NCBI GenBank assembly: GCA_965153355.1
Contig: OZ231126.1
Location: 46,996,001 to 47,060,000, forward strand
Direction of reading: 5' to 3'
DNA length: 64,000 nt
Origin: Flaccisagitta enflata
Taxonomy: Eukaryota
Below, one piece after another: positions 43,664 through 64,000 of this stretch. Position numbers and translations under genes: made by a program. Below the pieces are notes generated by a model, which searched no databases, had not been told where the DNA came from, and saw only the letters and a list, made by a program, of their open reading frames with translations. Numbering within the stretch: position 1 is the first letter of the stretch; the number at the start of each line of letters is the position of its first letter.

Positions 43664-44205
43664 ATTTCGACTTTCTTTCTCTTTCTTTCTTTTTTTTAAG
43701 TCGCGTGCTACCCGCTATGGCGGTCCGTCGGTCCGTCCGTCGGTCTGTCCGTCCGTCCGTTACACTTTACTTTTTTGGTTTTTTTGCGGTCTTTGGCCTC
43801 ACTGCTCCTGTCCATATGATCAAGCGACCTCAAATACAGCCCCTGCCCACCCACTCTTTCTTTCAGCTTTGTTACTTCGTCAGTGTTACTGTCTGTTTTT
43901 CTTTCCACCCTCCCGTCTGTGACGTGTGTGCGTGTGTGTGTACGTGTGCGTGTGCGTGTGCGTGTTAAAAACCTGACAACTTGTTAAAAACTGATTACCA
44001 ATTATCTGTTGTTTAGAGACTTTTACAAGCTATTACAAAAAAAAGCTATGTGGATTGTTTCACAATCGAGATAAAGAGTGCGAGAATCTGAAAAAAGGTA
44101 AAGACAGAAGCAATTTGTTCTGAGAAGAAAAAAAGAAAATTGCGCGAGACATGTCGCATGAATTAGAAGAGGAAAAAATGAAGCTCAATCCGAGATACTG
44201 GCTAC

Positions 44206-44241
<36 letters not shown>

Positions 44242-44446
44242 ACACACACACACACACACACAATAAGACGGGTGGGCAGGGGCGAAAATGCGCGTTTTGA
44301 TAATTTTTAACTCGCTCATTACTGACCGAATGACGGATGGACGAACTAACGGACGGACAAAGCCTTTTTTAGTCGCTTTTTCGCGTCTAAAAGACAAACT
44401 TGAGGGATAGACTGGCCGAACGCGCAGAAAAGGAAAGAAAGGAGGA

Positions 44447-44570
<124 letters not shown>

Positions 44571-44834
44571 AGGAAAGAAGGAAAAAAAGCAAGCAAGAAC
44601 TAAGAGAAAGAAAAAACACAAACCGTCGGTGAATATACTGTTTACTTAAAAATGAAAAGGAGTAATTGTTATCACAAAGTGATCCTCTTCTCTTCGTTAA
44701 ACATATAATCGCCCCGTGTTGAATTTCGACGGTGAACAAGAAATTGAGCCAAGGCTTGGAGAAGATTATAATTCGTAGTACATAATCAAAGATAAACATT
44801 TGTTAAGATACATAAATTTTGTATTGAATATTAC

Positions 44835-45083
44835 TAGGAGTGATAACAAACAATTTTTGAATTAATCATCGTTGGTCAGTTAATTTAGATCATTAATCAC
44901 CGTTAATCGTTAATTTTTAGCTAATTTTACAACAATGAAAGCTAATATATAACTCCTGACTACAATACCAACAATGAAAAAAAAACATCTTTTCCTTGTT
45001 GATACACAGCTATCAAAGTCAGGTGCAGAAGGGCTTGGGCAACCTGCAAAAAAAAAGAGAGAAAAAGAAAGGGAGAAAGAAAA

Positions 45084-45135
<52 letters not shown>

Positions 45136-45511
45136 AAAAAGAAGGAGGAAAGAAGGAAGAAAGAAGGAAGAAAGAAAAAATACAACGAAAAAAAAAGTAA
45201 TATAACGAAACTTGAGACAAAATCAATGACAAAGACTAAAAACAAAATAAAGATAGAAAGAAAGAAAGGAAGAGAGAAACAGAAAGAAATAAAGAATGAA
45301 GGGAAGAGAGAAATATAAAGAAGCAATGGCAAAGGACGCTTAATAATTTTGTATCAGCGACCAATTGCGTTGGTAAAGATGCAAAAAAAAGTCACATTTC
45401 AGTTTTGAGTTGGGATCATGATTAACGATTAAATTCTTTTAACTTGTTTGATAATTAATTTGCTAATTGATCGTTAATTAATCGTTAATTAATAACGATT
45501 ATACATCCCTA
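44835..45511. mobile_element. hAT-like non-autonomous element with CGTTAAT subterminal repeats
   Basis: TAGGAGTG ... CATCCCTA; 8-bp TSD AATATTAC (44827-44834, 45512-45519). Confidence 0.8.
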
Positions 45512-45658
45512 AATATTACGTAACTTTTTGTCAACAAAATTCATCAATTTTCCACGACACTGGTGATTGATTGATGCAGCGGAAAAACAAGTAACACGGG
45601 CCCCCCTCCACACACACACACGCATGCACGCACCCACCCACACACACGCAGCTGTGTG

Positions 45659-45701
<43 letters not shown>

Positions 45702-45845
45702 TAAGTAGTGATAAGTAATAACCGCGGCTTCTTAACTGAGCATTATTTTCGCACTTTCCAACACGATCATTACAACAAAATTCATCACACACACACGCAT
45801 GCACGCACCCACCCACCCACATACACACACACACACAGCTGTGTG

Positions 45846-45910
<65 letters not shown>

Positions 45911-46142
45911 TAAGAAATAACCGCGGCTTCTTAACTGAGCATTATTTTCGCACTTTCCAACACGATCATTACCGACGGGCCGACGGAGCGACGGATGGAT
46001 GGACGGACGGATGGACGGACGAAGCCGGCGACTAAAAGTAAAAGGCATCATTGAAGTGAATGAGAGTGGAAACTGGCAATCATCAGGAGGAGGTATGGAA
46101 TCATAATCACAGTAAAATAAATCTAGTCAAAGGCACCTGATA

Positions 46143-47898
46143 CAGTGGGGTTCGTGGAATAACAGCCTAAACTGGAGGAAGTTATTTAAGTGTCTTAATT
46201 TCATTTGATAAACTTGATATTTGGAATATAAGTTGTTCACTTGATGCTTTTGTCCCTGAGTTTATTGGTTGCTATGGAAACTAAAATTATTTTTTTGAAC
46301 ATTTATAACAACTAGAATATCAATATTTTGACAAATATTATCAGGGAACATTGCTCAGAATAAAATTTGCTACATCTTTCCCACAGTATGTCCTGTAAGA
46401 ATATTGCTCGTTTAGCCGTTGCTAGGAAGCATTATTTAGCTAATATCTTTCAGAAAAAGAGGAAAATAAAAAGTAATTGAGTTGGTCTACTTTCCACCAG
46501 CCTCTAGACTAATTTGAGGGCGGGGAATCTGATGGTGAGGTCAAAAATGGTCTAGGACAAGGATTTATGAGTGAGACCCCGACCTGACTGTGCATTAGCT
46601 TGTACTTAAATGACTAAAATCAGAATTCTACAAGTAGCTCTTGTTGTGGGGCTGTCTTGGGCTTCTAATGGCATCAATTTTGGTCTGAAAAATTTGCATC
46701 TTGCTGTCCGTGCCTTACCTTGAATTTTCCTTCAGCCTATAGGAAACCAAAAATTTCAAAGTGTTTAAATCTCTGTTTTGACTGCAGATTTAAAATCTGC
46801 AGAAAAAACTGTTAATTGAAAGTGCTTTCCTTTTCAATATTCCGGGATCATAGTCAAATGTCTTAAAGATATAAAAGATTCGGCGATTTTACATATAAAT
46901 AAAAAGAAAAGTTTTAAACTTTGACACTTATTTTGAGCACCTTCTAGTTGGAATATTGAAAAAAGGAAAGCACTTTCAATTAATAGTTTTTTCTGCAGAT
47001 TTCAAATCTACAGTCAAAACAGAGATTTAAGCACTTTGAAATTTTTGGTTTCCCATAGGCTGAAGGAAAATTCAAGGTAAGGCGCGGACAGCAAGATGCA
47101 ATTTTTTCAGACCAAAAGTGATGTCATTGGAAGCCCAAGACAGCCCCACAATAAGAACTACTTGTGGAGTTCTGATTTTATTGTTTATTGTCATTTCGGT
47201 ACAAGCTACTGTGCATAATAACATTTTTTTCACATTTTGCTAGTACATGGAGACCGTTGGTCTTTTGTGGCTCAAGGTTGCACTCAAAATTCCTCAAAAA
47301 AGCTAAAGAGGGCTTGCCTCCTTGATAAACTACAGACAAAAGACAAAAGGGAATGCAAACAAAGACTGGGACTGCATTTTTACACATTCAAAAAGCCAAA
47401 AATGGTCAAAAATGTGCAAAATGTCCAGTGCGGGGCCTAGATTCTCATTCAAGTCCAGGTCTTACTCATAAATCTTTATCCTGGACCATTTTTGACCTCA
47501 CCATTGGATTTCCCACCCTCAAATTAGTCTAGAGCCTGGTGGAAAGCAGACCAGCTCATATTTTGTGATTTCTGGAAGATATTAATCATTTAGCGGTTGC
47601 TAGGTGTGATGCCCCCTAGCAACGGCCAAACATGCAATATTCTTACAGAACGTACAGTGGGAAAGTTGTAGCAAATTTAATTTTGGGTAATGTTCCCTGA
47701 CAATATTTCTCAGAATATTGATATTTCAGTAGTTATAAATGTTTGAAAAAATAATTTTGGTTTCCATAACAACCGAAAAACTCAGGGACAAAAGCATCAA
47801 GTGAACAACTTATATTTCAAGTATCAAGTTTGTCAAATGAAATTAAGACACTTAAATACCTTCCTCCAGTTTGGGCTGTTATTCCACGAACCCCACTG
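46143..47898. mobile_element. Tc1/mariner-like non-autonomous element with ~430-bp TIRs
   Basis: TA|CAGTGGGGTTCGTGGAATAACAGCC ... GGCTGTTATTCCACGAACCCCACTG|TA. Confidence 0.88.
46596..47208. mobile_element. Second copy of the same hAT-like MITE, opposite orientation, nested in a Tc1/mariner-like element
   Basis: Same TIRs; 8-bp TSD CTGTGCAT (46588-46595, 47209-47216). Confidence 0.9.
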
Positions 47899-47949
47899 TA
47901 CATGATGGCAATTTAAGGGGGATTAGCCACGCCAATCACGCCGGGTTCG

Positions 47950-64000
<16,051 letters not shown>

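Overview
AT-rich, microsatellite-dense animal (probably invertebrate) genomic DNA. The only clear protein-coding gene is a spliced TENT4/PAPD5-PAPD7/Trf4-type non-canonical poly(A) polymerase, present as two diverging inverted copies. The + strand copy (about 47922 to beyond 64000) has an intact nucleotidyltransferase and PAP-associated core ([30 protein letters not shown]; all introns GT-AG and phase-consistent). It lacks the first ~373 codons, and its 5' break lies 23 bp from a Tc1/mariner-like element. The - strand copy (4344 to beyond 1) has the complete 1247-codon first exon and runs off the left edge. Together they imply a ~1,900-aa low-complexity N-terminal extension. The ~43.5 kb spacer contains nested non-autonomous DNA transposons: hAT-like elements with 8-bp TSDs, TA-targeting MITEs, a TTAA element, three Helentron/DINE-1-like families and a 5.7-kb element with a decayed transposase. 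It also contains an ~11-kb degenerate palindrome (27.4-38.8 kb) built from octamer-bearing repeat units around a 10-bp minisatellite that flips orientation at its centre. All alignments were done by eye; no database search was possible.
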